Positions 21,778 through 34,282 of a stretch of DNA of 64,000 nucleotides are shown here, piece after piece. The notes below the pieces were generated by a model, which had not been told where the DNA came from, did not search any database, and saw nothing but the letters and a program-made list of their open reading frames with translations. This stretch comes from an uncultured Acidobacteriota bacterium (GTDB taxonomy: Bacteria > Acidobacteriota > Vicinamibacteria > Fen-336). The stretch lies in the NCBI GenBank assembly GCA_963697835.1, contig CAVOPG010000001.1, positions 772,764 through 836,763 of the forward strand, in the 5' to 3' direction. The stretch's first letter is position 1, and every line of letters begins with the position of its first letter. The position numbers and the translations under genes are program-made.

Positions 21778-23427
21778 ATGAACGCCGTGATCGCCGCCGT
21801 CCTGATCGGCCTGGCCGCAGCGCACCCGGCGACGACCCAGACCGAGTCGTTTGCGGTGACGGTCCGCGTCGACGCCGGCCGGACTCGCGGCGGGCTCGCC
21901 CCGATCTGGCGCTTCTTCGGCGCGGACGAGCCGAACTACGCCCATATGAAGGACGGACGGAAGCTCCTCCGCACCCTGGGAGAGCTCAAGCCGAAGGCGG
22001 TCTACTTCCGCACCCACAACCTCCTGACCACCGGCGACGGCACGCCCGCCCTCAAATGGGGGAGCACCAACGCCTACACGGAGGACGCCGAGGGCCGGCC
22101 CATCTACGACTGGACCGTCCTCGACCGCATCTTCGACGCCTACATCGAGCGCGGCGTGCGGCCCTATGTCGAGATCGGCTTCATGCCCAGGGCGCTGTCG
22201 ACGAAGCCCGACCCGTACCAGCACGAATGGAGGCCGGGCCTTCCCTACGGCGACGTCTACACGGGCTGGGCCTACCCACCCACCGATTACTCGAAGTGGG
22301 CCGCTCTCGTCTACCAATGGGTGAGTCACTGCGTCCTGAGGTACGGCAAGGCCGAGGTCGCGACCTGGTACTGGGAGACCTGGAACGAGGCCAACATCGG
22401 CTACTGGCAGGGCACGCGGGAGGAGTTCCTGAAGCTCCACGACCACACGATCGCGGCCGTCCGCCGCGCGCTTCCCGAAGCCAGGGTCGGGGGGCCCGAC
22501 ATGGCCGGCTCCGACCCGACGTTCCTCAGGGCCTTCCTCCGGCACTGCCTCGCCGAGGGCACGCCCCTCGACTTCGTCGCCTTCCACGCCAAGGGCGGAC
22601 CCCGCTACGTTGACGGCCACGTGCAGATGGGGATCGCCGCCCAGCTCGCGACGATCGACCAGGGGTTTGCGACGATCGCGTCGTTCCCGGAGCTGAAGCG
22701 GACGCCGATCGTCATCGGCGAGTCCGACCCCGAGGGCTGCGCCGCCTGCCAGGGGCCGCAGCTCGCCTACCGCAACGGGACGATGTACTCGAGCTACACC
22801 GCCGCGGCCTTCGCCCGCAAGCACGAGCTGGCCGAGAGGCACGGCGTGATCCTCGAAGGCGCGCTCACGTGGGCGTTCGAGTTCGAGGACCAGGCCTACT
22901 TCGCGGGCTTTCGGGCCCTGGCCAGCAACGGCATCCCGCTGCCCGTCCTCAGCGTCTTCCGCATGTTCTCGAAGATGGGCGGACGGCGAGTGGCGGCGGA
23001 GAGCTCGGCCCAGGTGCCGCTCGAAACCATGCTCGCGGAGGGCGTGCGCGGCGCGGCCGATGTGGCGGCCCTCGCGAGCGCCGAGCCGAACCGCCTGGCC
23101 GTCATGGTCTGGCACTACCACGACGACGACGTGCCCGGGCCCGACGCCGCCGTGGATCTCGCCGTGGCCGGCCTGCCCGCCGCCATCAGCCAGGCGAAAC
23201 TCGCTCACTACCGCATCGACGAGCACCACAGCAACGCCTATGCCGCGTGGAGGCGAATGGGCTCGCCGATCGCCCCCGATCGCGATCAGTACGCGGAGCT
23301 GGAGGTGGCCTCGAGGCTGGCTCTCCTGGACGCTCCGGCGAAGGTGCGCGTCGAGCGTGGCGCCGTGACGCTGCGTTTCACGCTGCCGCGCCAGGCCGTG
23401 TCGCTCGTGACGATCGAGTGGCCGTAG
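21778..23427 (+). CDS. GH39 beta-xylosidase
   Basis: Signal peptide; GADEPNY, RTHNLL, WETWNEA, FHAKG, IGESDP, TWAFEFE. Confidence 0.9.
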   Translation: MNAVIAAVLIGLAAAHPATTQTESFAVTVRVDAGRTRGGLAPIWRFFGADEPNYAHMKDGRKLLRTLGELKPKAVYFRTHNLLTTGDGTPALKWGSTNAYTEDAEGRPIYDWTVLDRIFDAYIERGVRPYVEIGFMPRALSTKPDPYQHEWRPGLPYGDVYTGWAYPPTDYSKWAALVYQWVSHCVLRYGKAEVATWYWETWNEANIGYWQGTREEFLKLHDHTIAAVRRALPEARVGGPDMAGSDPTFLRAFLRHCLAEGTPLDFVAFHAKGGPRYVDGHVQMGIAAQLATIDQGFATIASFPELKRTPIVIGESDPEGCAACQGPQLAYRNGTMYSSYTAAAFARKHELAERHGVILEGALTWAFEFEDQAYFAGFRALASNGIPLPVLSVFRMFSKMGGRRVAAESSAQVPLETMLAEGVRGAADVAALASAEPNRLAVMVWHYHDDDVPGPDAAVDLAVAGLPAAISQAKLAHYRIDEHHSNAYAAWRRMGSPIAPDRDQYAELEVASRLALLDAPAKVRVERGAVTLRFTLPRQAVSLVTIEWP

Positions 23428-23471
23428 TCGACCGGCTCTGCCGGAGATCGGTCGGGAGTAGACTCGCCCCC

Positions 23472-25124
23472 ATGGTGCACCTCATGCTACTCACGATGAC
23501 GATCGGAGCGGCGTCGCCCGAAAGGACGTTCAAGCTCGCCGACGGGGTCGAGATGGCCTACCTCGACGAGGGCCAGGGCGAGCCGGCCCTCGTCCTCGTC
23601 CACTGCGGCAACTGCCGGAAGGAGGTCTGGACGGAGACGATCGCAGCGTTCCGGGGAAAGCACCGGGTCGTGGCGATGGACATGCCCGGGCACGGCCGGT
23701 CGGGCGCCCAGCGGCAGAAGTGGTCGATGCCCCTCCTCGGCGCGGACGTGGCGGCGCTCGTCGACCATCTGAAGCTCGGCCAGGTCATCCTCGTCGGAAA
23801 CTCGATGGGGGGGCCGGTCTCTCTCGAGGCGGCGCGCCGCCTGGGCAAGGATCGCGTCCTCGGGGTGGTGGCGGTGGACACCCTCCAGAACGTCGAGGCG
23901 AAGTGGCCGGACGAGAGCGGGCGCCAACTGCGCGACGCCTATGTCGCCGACTTCCAGAAAGGCTGCAACGGCCTGATGCTCGGGCTGCTCCTGCCCAAGG
24001 ACGCCCCGGCCGCCGTCCGCGAGCGCGTCGACGCGGAGACGTGCGGCAACGACCCGAAGGCCGCGATCGCGCTCCTCGAGAGCTTCCGCGAGTACGACCA
24101 GGCGGCGGCGATGCGCGACGCGGGAGTGCCCATCTGGGCCATCAACGCCACCCTCGTCCCCACCGCCCTCGAGGCCAACCGGAAGTACGCCCCGTCGTAC
24201 GACCTCGTCCTGATGGAAGGCGTTGGGCACTATCCGCAGATGGAGCGGCCCGCGGAATTCCAGCAGAACCTGCGCCGCGCGGTCCGGGCGCTCGTCGGGA
24301 AGCGCGCCGACGACTCCTACGTCCTCGGACCCGACTCCCTTCCCCAGCCCGACGTCCCCAAGGGCCGCGTGGAGGGGCCGTTCGTCCTCCGGAGCAAGGT
24401 GTTCAGCGACACCGTCCGCCAGTACTGGATCTACGTTCCCGCCGCGTACGACGCGTCGCGACCCCACGCGCTGATGGTCTTCCAGGACGGCCACGCCTAC
24501 TTGAACCCGGAAGGGAGCTACCGCGTCCCGGTCGTATTCGACAACCTCATCGGCCGGGGCGACATGCCGGCCACGATCGGAATCTTCGTGAACCCCGGGA
24601 ACCAGGGCGACGAGCTTCCCCAGGATCCCTGGAAGTCGACGAACCGCAGCATGGAGTACGACTCGCTCGGGGAGCGCTACGCGACGTTCCTGCTCGACGA
24701 GCTCCTGCCCGATGTCGCGGCCCGGTACAACCTCACGAAGGACCCGGACGGCCGGGCGATCGCGGGCGCGAGCTCCGGCGGCATCTGCTCCTTCACCGTG
24801 GCCTGGGAGCGGCCCGACGCCTTCCGCAAGGTCATGAGCCAGATCGGGAGCTTCACGAACATCCGGGGCGGCCACGTCTACCCGGCCCTGATCCGCAGCA
24901 GCGCCGTGCGTCCCCTGCGGGTCTTCCTCCAGGACGGCGCGAACGACCTCGACAACCCCTTCGGGAACTGGTGGCTGGCCAACCAGGAGATGGCGGCCGC
25001 CCTCGAGTTCCGCGGCTACGACCATCGCTTCGAGGGGGGGTTGGGCGGCCACAACGGGAAGCACGGAGGATCGATCCTTTCCGACTCGCTGCGCTGGCTC
25101 TGGCGAGGCTATCCCGTCCCGTGA
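23472..25124 (+). CDS. Two-domain hydrolase: alpha/beta hydrolase fused to an enterochelin-esterase-like esterase
   Basis: N-domain DMPGHGRS, GNSMGG, GVGHYP; C-domain MVFQDG, NRSMEYD, GASSGG, GSFTNIRGG, GGHNGKHGG. Confidence 0.85.
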   Translation: MVHLMLLTMTIGAASPERTFKLADGVEMAYLDEGQGEPALVLVHCGNCRKEVWTETIAAFRGKHRVVAMDMPGHGRSGAQRQKWSMPLLGADVAALVDHLKLGQVILVGNSMGGPVSLEAARRLGKDRVLGVVAVDTLQNVEAKWPDESGRQLRDAYVADFQKGCNGLMLGLLLPKDAPAAVRERVDAETCGNDPKAAIALLESFREYDQAAAMRDAGVPIWAINATLVPTALEANRKYAPSYDLVLMEGVGHYPQMERPAEFQQNLRRAVRALVGKRADDSYVLGPDSLPQPDVPKGRVEGPFVLRSKVFSDTVRQYWIYVPAAYDASRPHALMVFQDGHAYLNPEGSYRVPVVFDNLIGRGDMPATIGIFVNPGNQGDELPQDPWKSTNRSMEYDSLGERYATFLLDELLPDVAARYNLTKDPDGRAIAGASSGGICSFTVAWERPDAFRKVMSQIGSFTNIRGGHVYPALIRSSAVRPLRVFLQDGANDLDNPFGNWWLANQEMAAALEFRGYDHRFEGGLGGHNGKHGGSILSDSLRWLWRGYPVP

Positions 25125-25249
25125 GCGTTCGGCGCGTCGCTGGCCGCTTCGTCAGGTCGCGCCGTGCCCGTGGAGTACCAGCCCTCGGCTCGGTCGCCGA
25201 CCGGGGGCCGAGCGCGGGCCGGAGCCGGTCGGCGAGAATCAGACGAAAG

Positions 25250-26095
25250 TCAATCCTGGTGTTTCTGCCCGCCGCCCGTGGAGCTCCTCGGCGGCGGGGG
25301 CGGGGGCGTCGCCGGCTTCGGAGTGGGGCGGGTCGGCGCGATGCCGGAAGCGGGCGTCGACGGTGGCGGGTCGGGACGAGGGGTCGGCTCGGTGATGTAC
25401 ACCTCGGTGGGGCGTCGCGTGGGCGAGGAAGGCGAGACATCGCCGCCCGCGTCCCACCCGCCGCCGTCGCCCGATTGCGCGGTGGCTTCGGCGTCACGGG
25501 CGCGTGACTCGGCCTCGCGGGCACGCGCCTCGGCCTCGCGCACCCTGTCGTTGGACTCGCGCACCCCTTGTTCCCTGGCCTCCTCGTCGGCGCGCTCGCG
25601 GAGCAGGGCCCTGCGCTCGGCCCGCGTGACCCAGCGCCCTTCGAACTCCTCGTAGCCCTGGGCGCGGTATTCGTCCTCCGTGGCCTTCCACGTGCGGTCC
25701 GGTTGGGCCTGCCCGACGGCGGCCTGCGCCTCGGGGTGGAAGGGATCCGCGACCAGCACCTTCTTCCAGGCTTCGCGCGACTGGGTTACCAGGTCCTGCT
25801 CGGCGGCCCAGCGGGCGAGCGCGGCCCAGCCATCGACGTCGCGCGGCTTGAGTGCGGCGGCACGCTCCCGGTAGGTCTCGATCGCCGAGTCGGGGTCGAC
25901 GATCTTCAGGACCCGACTCATGGGCACGGAGATCCGCCCGGATGCCGCCTCGAGGACGACGACGTCCCTCGTCTTCTCGACGATCACGCCGGTGATCTTC
26001 CCACCCCCCCGGAGGAGGACCTCGTCGGCCGCGGCCGGCAAGGCCGAGAGGACGGTCACGACGGCTATGGCCATCCGGCTGTTCACCAAATCCAT
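25250..26095 (-). CDS. Hypothetical exported protein with Pro-rich tail
   Basis: Signal peptide ending AAA-DEVLLRGGGKITG; TPR-like helix; coiled coil. Confidence 0.7.
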   Translation of the reverse strand: MDLVNSRMAIAVVTVLSALPAAADEVLLRGGGKITGVIVEKTRDVVVLEAASGRISVPMSRVLKIVDPDSAIETYRERAAALKPRDVDGWAALARWAAEQDLVTQSREAWKKVLVADPFHPEAQAAVGQAQPDRTWKATEDEYRAQGYEEFEGRWVTRAERRALLRERADEEAREQGVRESNDRVREAEARAREAESRARDAEATAQSGDGGGWDAGGDVSPSSPTRRPTEVYITEPTPRPDPPPSTPASGIAPTRPTPKPATPPPPPPRSSTGGGQKHQD

Positions 26096-26365
26096 GGTCG
26101 CCCTCCGCGAAGAGGCCAAATGAAGACCGCCTCGACCGGTCAAACGGTGCAAAGTCCGTTCCAGGTCGCGAGCCCGCAAGTCGTTCCAGGCCCGAGGGGT
26201 GTCCGTCCAGGGAGTCCCCGGGAAGTGTCAGGGGTGGCCGAAAACGTGATCACCAGGGTCTGCACGGTCCTGGGCGGCGGCCATATTCGTGCTCCTGCAG
26301 GATAGCCATTCCGGCCCTCCTCGCCGCGTGCGGGGCCGCGGCCCGCCCAGGTGCAGCCGGGCTCT

Positions 26366-27019
26366 TCAATCGCGAAGCACAACAGAGAGAAGGCCGCTAT
26401 GGACCTGCAGGCCGCCGTTGTAGTGAATGAAACCCATCTTCCTGAACCGATTCATGAAGTGGCTTACCCTCGAACGCGTCGTGCCGACCATCGCGGCAAG
26501 CGTCTCCTGGCTCACCTTCGGGATCACGATCTCCGGCCTCGGTTCCTTGCCGAAGTGAGCGAGCAGCAGGAGAATCCGGGCGAGTCGCTTCTCGCTGGAG
26601 TTGAAGAGCTGGTCCACCAGGTCCTCTTCGATCCGAACGTTGCGAGACAGCAGATACGCGGTGAAGAGCTCCGCGAACTCCGGGTCTTGATGGAGCACGC
26701 GGACCATGGTGCTCTTGCCCACCCGGACGACGTTGGACGCCTGAATCGCGCTTGCGGTGGACATGCGGAGGGGTTGGCCCGCCAGGCAGCCCTCTCCAAA
26801 GAAGCTCCCTCGCTCCAGAACGCCGACGACTGCTTCCCTTCCTCGCGTGGAGACGACCGTGAGCTTGACCTTGCCGCTCCGTATGAAGAACACGGCATCG
26901 GCTGCGTCCCCTTGGGAAAAGACGACCTCCTTGTTCCGATACTCCCGCGTCGTCTTTCCCTGCTCGATCCTCGTGAGGAAAGCCTTGGGATTGAAGGCGA
27001 GAACCGCGTCGTTCTGCAT
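26366..27019 (-). CDS. Crp/Fnr-family transcriptional regulator
   Basis: FSQGD, FFGEGCL, SEKRLAR, HTH SQETLAAMVGTTRSRVS. Confidence 0.93.
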   Translation of the reverse strand: MQNDAVLAFNPKAFLTRIEQGKTTREYRNKEVVFSQGDAADAVFFIRSGKVKLTVVSTRGREAVVGVLERGSFFGEGCLAGQPLRMSTASAIQASNVVRVGKSTMVRVLHQDPEFAELFTAYLLSRNVRIEEDLVDQLFNSSEKRLARILLLLAHFGKEPRPEIVIPKVSQETLAAMVGTTRSRVSHFMNRFRKMGFIHYNGGLQVHSGLLSVVLRD

Positions 27020-27190
27020 GATCCCCCGGTCGGGCCGCGATTCTCACGTGTCAGAGAACAGCTCCCTGCCGCCTGCCCAGGTTCATTCTAGCTCCAACCC
27101 TCGGAAAGCAAGGGGGCGCCGACGCCCAAAGTCCCGGGTCGGCGAAAAGTCCGCGATGCGCCGGCACGAGGCGCCGAGGATCACGCGGCG

Positions 27191-27685
27191 CTAGCGCATG
27201 TCCACCGGCAGGCCCACGGCCAGCCTGGCCGCGACATCTGCCTGGTCGCGATACTTCCTCGCGCGGTCGAGCGCCATTGCCGCGCTCACCACTGCCTGGC
27301 GCGCCCGCGTCGCGGCGGCGAACTGGCTCGCTTCGCTGGCGGCGAGAAAGCTCTCCTCCGCCGCCCGCACGCGCTCCTCGCATCGCGTCAAGTAGAACTC
27401 GGCCGAGGCCGCATGGCGCCTGTAGGCGTCCTGCCTCTGGGCCTCGCCGTCAGGGAGCCAGTCGCGGGCGGCCGGCTGCTGGTCGGACAGGAGTTGGCTC
27501 GCCGCCTCGGGAAGCCTGAGCCCGACGTATCTACCGAGGTCCTTGTCGGTAAGGACTTTGGAGGCGCTGGCGACCGCGGTCTCTCGGCGTTCCCGTTCTC
27601 GGCCCGCCGCCTGGCCCAGGCTCTGGGCCGAGAGCGGCAGGGACGACGACAGCAGCACTACGACGGTGAGCGCTCTTCGCAGCAT
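27191..27685 (-). CDS. Hypothetical exported protein
   Basis: Signal peptide, AQSLGQAAGRERERR...LTDKDL; GGAGG upstream. Confidence 0.7.
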   Translation of the reverse strand: MLRRALTVVVLLSSSLPLSAQSLGQAAGRERERRETAVASASKVLTDKDLGRYVGLRLPEAASQLLSDQQPAARDWLPDGEAQRQDAYRRHAASAEFYLTRCEERVRAAEESFLAASEASQFAAATRARQAVVSAAMALDRARKYRDQADVAARLAVGLPVDMR

Positions 27686-27698
27686 TGTCTTCCTCCGT

Positions 27699-29710
27699 TC
27701 AATCGCCGATGCTGGCGACGGATGTTGCGTCCCTGGGGACCGCCTCCAGGGTCGCTTGCAGGGCGAGATACTCGTCGATGCCTTGCTCGATCTCGCGAGG
27801 AAACGGCGGCGCCGGCCCTACCAGCCCGTCCTTGTAGATGCGGAGCATGATCTCGCGGAAGATCGGCAGCGCCGTGCGGCCCCCGGTCTCGTTTGCTCCC
27901 AGTTCGCGGTTGTCGTCGAAGCCGATGCGCACCGCCACGGTGATGCCCGGCGGCCCGTAGGTCGATCCCACGAACAGGGCGTCGCGGAAGTCGCTCGTGG
28001 TGCCGGTCTTGCCCATGACCGGGATGCCGAAGTCGCGGCTGTCGAGGCTGTGGGCCGTCCCGCTCGGGAGGCGGACGACGCCCCGCAGCCCCTCCTGGAT
28101 CAGGCTCAGCTCGGCGGAGCTCAGCCCCGCGGAGCCCATGTCGCGGGCGGCCTTGGCGGCCTGGTACAGCACCCGGCCCGAATTGTCGGTCACGCGCTCG
28201 ATGACGTGGGGCTCGGCCAGGAGGCCGGAGGCCATTACCCGGTACGCGTCCGCCAGCTCGAGCAGCCGTACTTCGGACGCCCCGAGCGCCGTCGCGAGAT
28301 AGGGCTTGAGCGGTGTGCGGATCCCCAGCTCCCGGGCCGTCCGGACCACCTTGTCGGGGCCGATCTCGCGCGCGACCCAGACGGTGGCTGCGTTGCGGGA
28401 CTCCGCCAGCGCCTGGCGAATCGGCATCGGGCCCCTGAACTGGTTGTCGTAGTTGGCGATCTGCTTCACCGGCCGGCCGGCTCCAGTCGACGCCTCGATG
28501 GGTTCGTCGGGCACGATGGTGTCGAGGTCCAGGCCCATCCGGAACGCGGCCAGGTAGACGATGGGCTTGATGGCCGAGCCGGGCTGCCGCAACGAGCCCG
28601 TGGCGCGATTCAGATCGGAATAGCGGGTGAGCCGGTCGTTGTAGACCTGCCGTCCTCCCGTCTCGGCCAGGATCGCCCCGTCCGAGTTGCGCAGCACAAC
28701 CACCGAGCCCTGGACCAGCCCCTTCGTCTGCGGGCGGCGCTTCTCGTAGAGGGCGAGGCCGTTTTCCAGGGCTTCGTTCACGATCGTCTGTACCCGCTCG
28801 TCCACCGTGGACAGCACGGAGACGCGGCCCTGGAAGAGGTCCTCCACGCCGAAGCGGCCCTCTCCATGCCGGACCAGCTCGTCGAGCACGCTCTCGATGG
28901 CGGCGGGAGCCTGGATCTTGGCCGGGCTCCGGGCCACCACCCGGATGGGCTCCGCCTGCGCCCGTTTCGAAACGTCCTCGGGGATGTATCCGTTGCGCGC
29001 CATCAGGGCCAGGATCTGGTTGCGCCGGTGCAGCGGTCGCGGGTCGCCGGGTCTCGGCGCGTAGTCCCGGGGGACTTGCTGATGCCCGCCAGCAGCGCGG
29101 CCTCTCCGGCGTCGGCCATCGTGTAGCTCGAGAGGGTCTTGCCGAAGTAGTACTCGGAGGCGGCGGCGAAGCCGTAGCGGCCGTTGCCGAGGTAGATGAA
29201 GCTGGCGTATCGGGCGAAGATCTCGCGCTTGGCCTGCTCGTGCGATCCGTAGCGCCGGCGCATCTCGTTCTCGAGCCAGAGCGTCAGGCGCACCTCCTCC
29301 AGCTTCCGGGCAGCTTGTTGGTGGCGGAGACGCCCAGGACGCGGACAGAGCCGCAGAGCCAGGCTGTCGCGAACGAGCGACGTCGCTGTTCTCGACTGCG
29401 CGTCAGGTCCCGGAGGAAGTAGCCTCGCACGAGCTGCTGGGTGAGGGTCGAGCCACCGTGGGGAAGCAGCAGCCGGAATCCGAAGCCACCCTTCCGCCAC
29501 GGCCCAGCGAGCTCGCCGCCGTTTTCTGCACGACCCGCGGCAGCGCGCTGTAGTCGACGCCCGAGTGGGAGAGGAAGTTCTTGTCCTCCGCCGCGAGGAT
29601 GGCGTCGCGCAAATTTGAGGCATCTGGTTGTACGACACCATCCGCCGGTATTCCCGGGCCAACTCGATCAACACGTTTCCACGAGCGTCATAGACCTCCC
29701 CGATCGTCAC
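27699..29710 (-). pseudogene. Class A penicillin-binding protein (transglycosylase/transpeptidase), frameshifted, with no N-terminal anchor
   Basis: TG motifs AEDKNF, GGSTLTQQL, RKLEE, IYLGNGRYG lie across several frames; TP motifs RQPGSAIK, SRN, KTG are intact in 27699-29003. Confidence 0.8.
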
Positions 29711-29729
29711 CCTCGTCCCCCTCCCGGCG

Positions 29730-30468
29730 GCTGTCGGCGAGGACGGGGTCGAGACCCGGAACGCGGCGATTTCCGGCACTTCGAACCTGTGGACGACCGT
29801 CGCCACCCGGCCCGAGCGCACGTCTCGCACCACGATCTTCGCCTGGTAGCCTCCCGGCTGCAGGTCGAACTCGCGCCGGACGGGGAACCAGGTCTTGCGC
29901 AGCCGATCCCGGGTGGCCGGGAGGAGCTTCATCTCGACCTTCTGGTCGTAGCGAAAGGACTCCCCGGTCTCGCGGTGGGCGGTCACCAGCAGGAACTCGA
30001 AGCCTCCCAGGTAGCGCCCTTCCCTCGGCTCGAGGTCCAGGCCGCGCAGGTCCACCTCGGTGACCACCTCCACGTGGGCCTTGCCGAGAGTCGTCTCGTC
30101 CCCCACGAAGTGGGTCATCCGGAGGGGGATCGTCCCGATCTCGTAGGGCGAGTCGAGGGCCTCCTGCAGGGCCGAATCGACACCTGGCCTACGGTGGCCG
30201 GCGTCCCCATCGTCGCTCGGCGCGTAGTAGCCCTTGCGGGCCCGAACGTCGACGCTCTTCCTTCCCGGGACCGCGGCCTGCGCCACCCGCTTGAACTCGT
30301 CGAGGTTCGGGTCCCAGATGAAGCCCGCCGTCCGGCCCTGGACGTTCTCCCCCTGCTGGTTCGTGGAGACCCTCGGGAGCGGCTTGGGGACGGCGGAGGG
30401 GGCGCCTCCTGGGCCAGCAGGAGCGAGGCCCCGAGCGGGAGAGCGAGAGAGAAGGTTCTCCTGAGCAT
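29730..30468 (-). pseudogene. Internally deleted acidobacterial VWFA-related protein remnant
   Basis: Signal peptide MLRRTFSLAL..., then GFIWDPNLDEFKRV directly followed by VRARKGYYAP...LQPGGYQAKIVVRD; most of the VWA core is missing. Confidence 0.6.
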
Positions 30469-30720
30469 GGCTACTCCACCATCACGAAGAGCGCAGTTGT
30501 GCCAGGGGAGCGGACGGAGCCCAGTATAGCAGCCGCACGTGAGTCGACGATCTCTCCGGCGCGAAGCCCGCGTGGCCGACAGCCGTTTTCGTTGACAGGC
30601 ACGGCGCGGCTGGGATAGATAGCCCCTCATCGCCTCGGATGAACCCCCGTTGAGCTTCCCGCGATCGGTGCGAGACACGTCGAAGACGTGTGTGCCTCGG
30701 GCCTGGAGAGGAGTGGAATC

Positions 30721-32294
<1,574 letters not shown>

Positions 32295-32307
32295 AGGAGG
32301 CCGCCTC

Positions 32308-33673
32308 ATGGACCCCGCGCTGCACCGCCGCACGTTCCTGGAAGGGCTGGGGAAGTCGGGGGCCGCGCTGGCGGCCGGATCCTGGCTGGGGCGCCTCGGA
32401 TACGCGGAAGCGGCGAAGGGAGCCGCGCGGGCGGTCGTCAACCAGGCGCGATACCGTGCCGAGCTCGACCGGCGCCTCCTTGGCGCGTTCCTGGAGCACC
32501 TCGGCCGTGCGATCTACACCGGCGTCTACGAGCCGGATTCCCGGCTCGCCGACAGCCGCGGGTTCCGCACGGACGTCGTCGCGGAGATGAAGGAGCTCGG
32601 CGTGCCGATCATGCGCTACCCCGGCGGGAACTTCGTCTCCGGGTACAACTGGCTCGACGGCGTCGGCCCCAGGGACAAGCGGCCGACCGTGCTGGAGCGG
32701 GCCTGGAACTCCATCGAGACCAACCAGTTCGGCACGAACGAGTTCATCGAGTGGTGCAGGCTGGTCGGCACCGAGCCGCTGCTCGCCTCCAACCTGGGTA
32801 CCGGCACGCCCGAGCAGGCGGTGGCGTACGTCGAGTACTGCAACGTCGCCGAAGGGCACGAGGTGGAGCGACCTGCGACGGGAGCACGGCTACGAGCAGC
32901 CCCACGACGTGCGGTACTGGTGCCTCGGCAACGAGATGGACGGCCCGTGGCAGATGGGCCACATGCCGGCTCGGGAGTACGGCCGCAAGGCGCGCGACAC
33001 GGCGCGGCAGATCCGCGTGATCGACCGCGACCTCTCATCTCGTCGCCTGCGGCTCGAGCAACACCATCATGCCCACCTACCTGGTCTGGGACCGCGAGGT
33101 CCTCGAGGAATGCTACGACCAGGTGGACGCGATCTCGCTGCACAACTACTACGGGAACACTCCCGCGCTGACCGGCAACGACACCTCGCGATACCTGGCC
33201 ATGAACCTGGACATGGAGAGGCAGATCCTGGAGATCGCCGCGGTCTGCGACTACGTGCAGGGAGTCCTGCGGCGCTCAAGCACGCCCACGGGAGGGTCCT
33301 CGACCTGGAGGTGGAGTCCGAGACGTACCCGATCAAGGCCGAGGGCCTCCGGCCGGACTTCGCCCGGGACGACCGCGTCCCCTACCTCGACGTCGCCGCG
33401 ACACTCGACCCCCGGACCGGGCAGGCGTGCGTGCTGATGCTGAACCGCGACCTCGAGGCCGAGCGCGATCTGACCCTGGACTGGCGCGACAAAGCACCCT
33501 CCCGCGTGCTGGCCTGCGAGACCCTGACGGGCTCGGACCTGAAAGCCGCCAACACGTTCGAGCAGCCGAAGCGGGTCGTGCCCCGCCCGCTCGACGCGCC
33601 GCGGGCGGGCTCGACGATGACGTTCAAGCTGCCGCCACGCTCCTACAGCGTCGCCCTCCTCGCCACTTCGTAG
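32308..33673 (+). pseudogene. Tat-exported GH51, frameshifted and internally deleted (DEW nucleophile segment missing)
   Basis: HRRTFL; FLEHLGR, RYPGGNF, CLGNEMDGPWQ; jumps from DYVQGVLR to LKHAHGRVLDL near 33270. Confidence 0.8.
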
Positions 33674-33816
33674 GGCGATCGCTGACGTCCGGCCTCGACG
33701 CGGCAGGGCCTCGAACGCACGCGGGAAGTCGTCTCGTTGGATCCAGGATCTTGGGGTTGGATTGGGCGTTTTGGTACCATGGTGTCGGCAAGAAACGATC
33801 ACATCGCCCAAACGAG

Positions 33817-34269
33817 ATGTCACCCTCGCGCTTCTCTGGTACCGGCTATCCACGAGGCGGGCTGCACGGCCAGATCGTCCACACGATCGGGCGCGAGATC
33901 CTGAGCGGCAAGATCCGCCCAGGCGAGCTGCTGCCGACCTTGCCGGCTCTGCCCGCGAGCCGCACCGTGCTGCGCGAGGTCATCGAGGTCCTTCTCGTCG
34001 GCGTGAAGTCGAACCGCAGCGCGATCGGCGCGCGCGTGGTCGCGCGCTACGGGGGTCGCGCCCAGGCGCAGGAAGTGACGGCGCAGTCGAGCTTCTACTC
34101 CGCCAACGATCGGCGCCTGCACTTCGGCCTGGGTGCTTCCACGTCCGCGGATCTCACGATCAGGTGGCCCAACGGCGCCACGGAGAAGATCCCTGACGTC
34201 GAGGCCGACCAGCTCGTCGTCGTGCGCGAAGGAGCGGGGATTGCCCGCAGAGAGAGACTCGGTCGCTAG
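33817..34269 (+). pseudogene. Chimera: FadR/GntR N-terminal HTH fused to the ASPIC/UnbV C-terminus of a CRTAC1-like protein
   Basis: GLHGQIVHTIGREILSG...SRTVLREVI, then LVGVKSNRSAIGARV...LHFGLG...IRWPNG. Confidence 0.72.
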
Positions 34270-34282
34270 ACCCGTACCATCC

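Noticed and set aside
30592-30621. TTGACA promoter upstream of the GH51 at 30721
   Set aside because: The -35 is perfect, but there is no convincing -10 at the proper spacing
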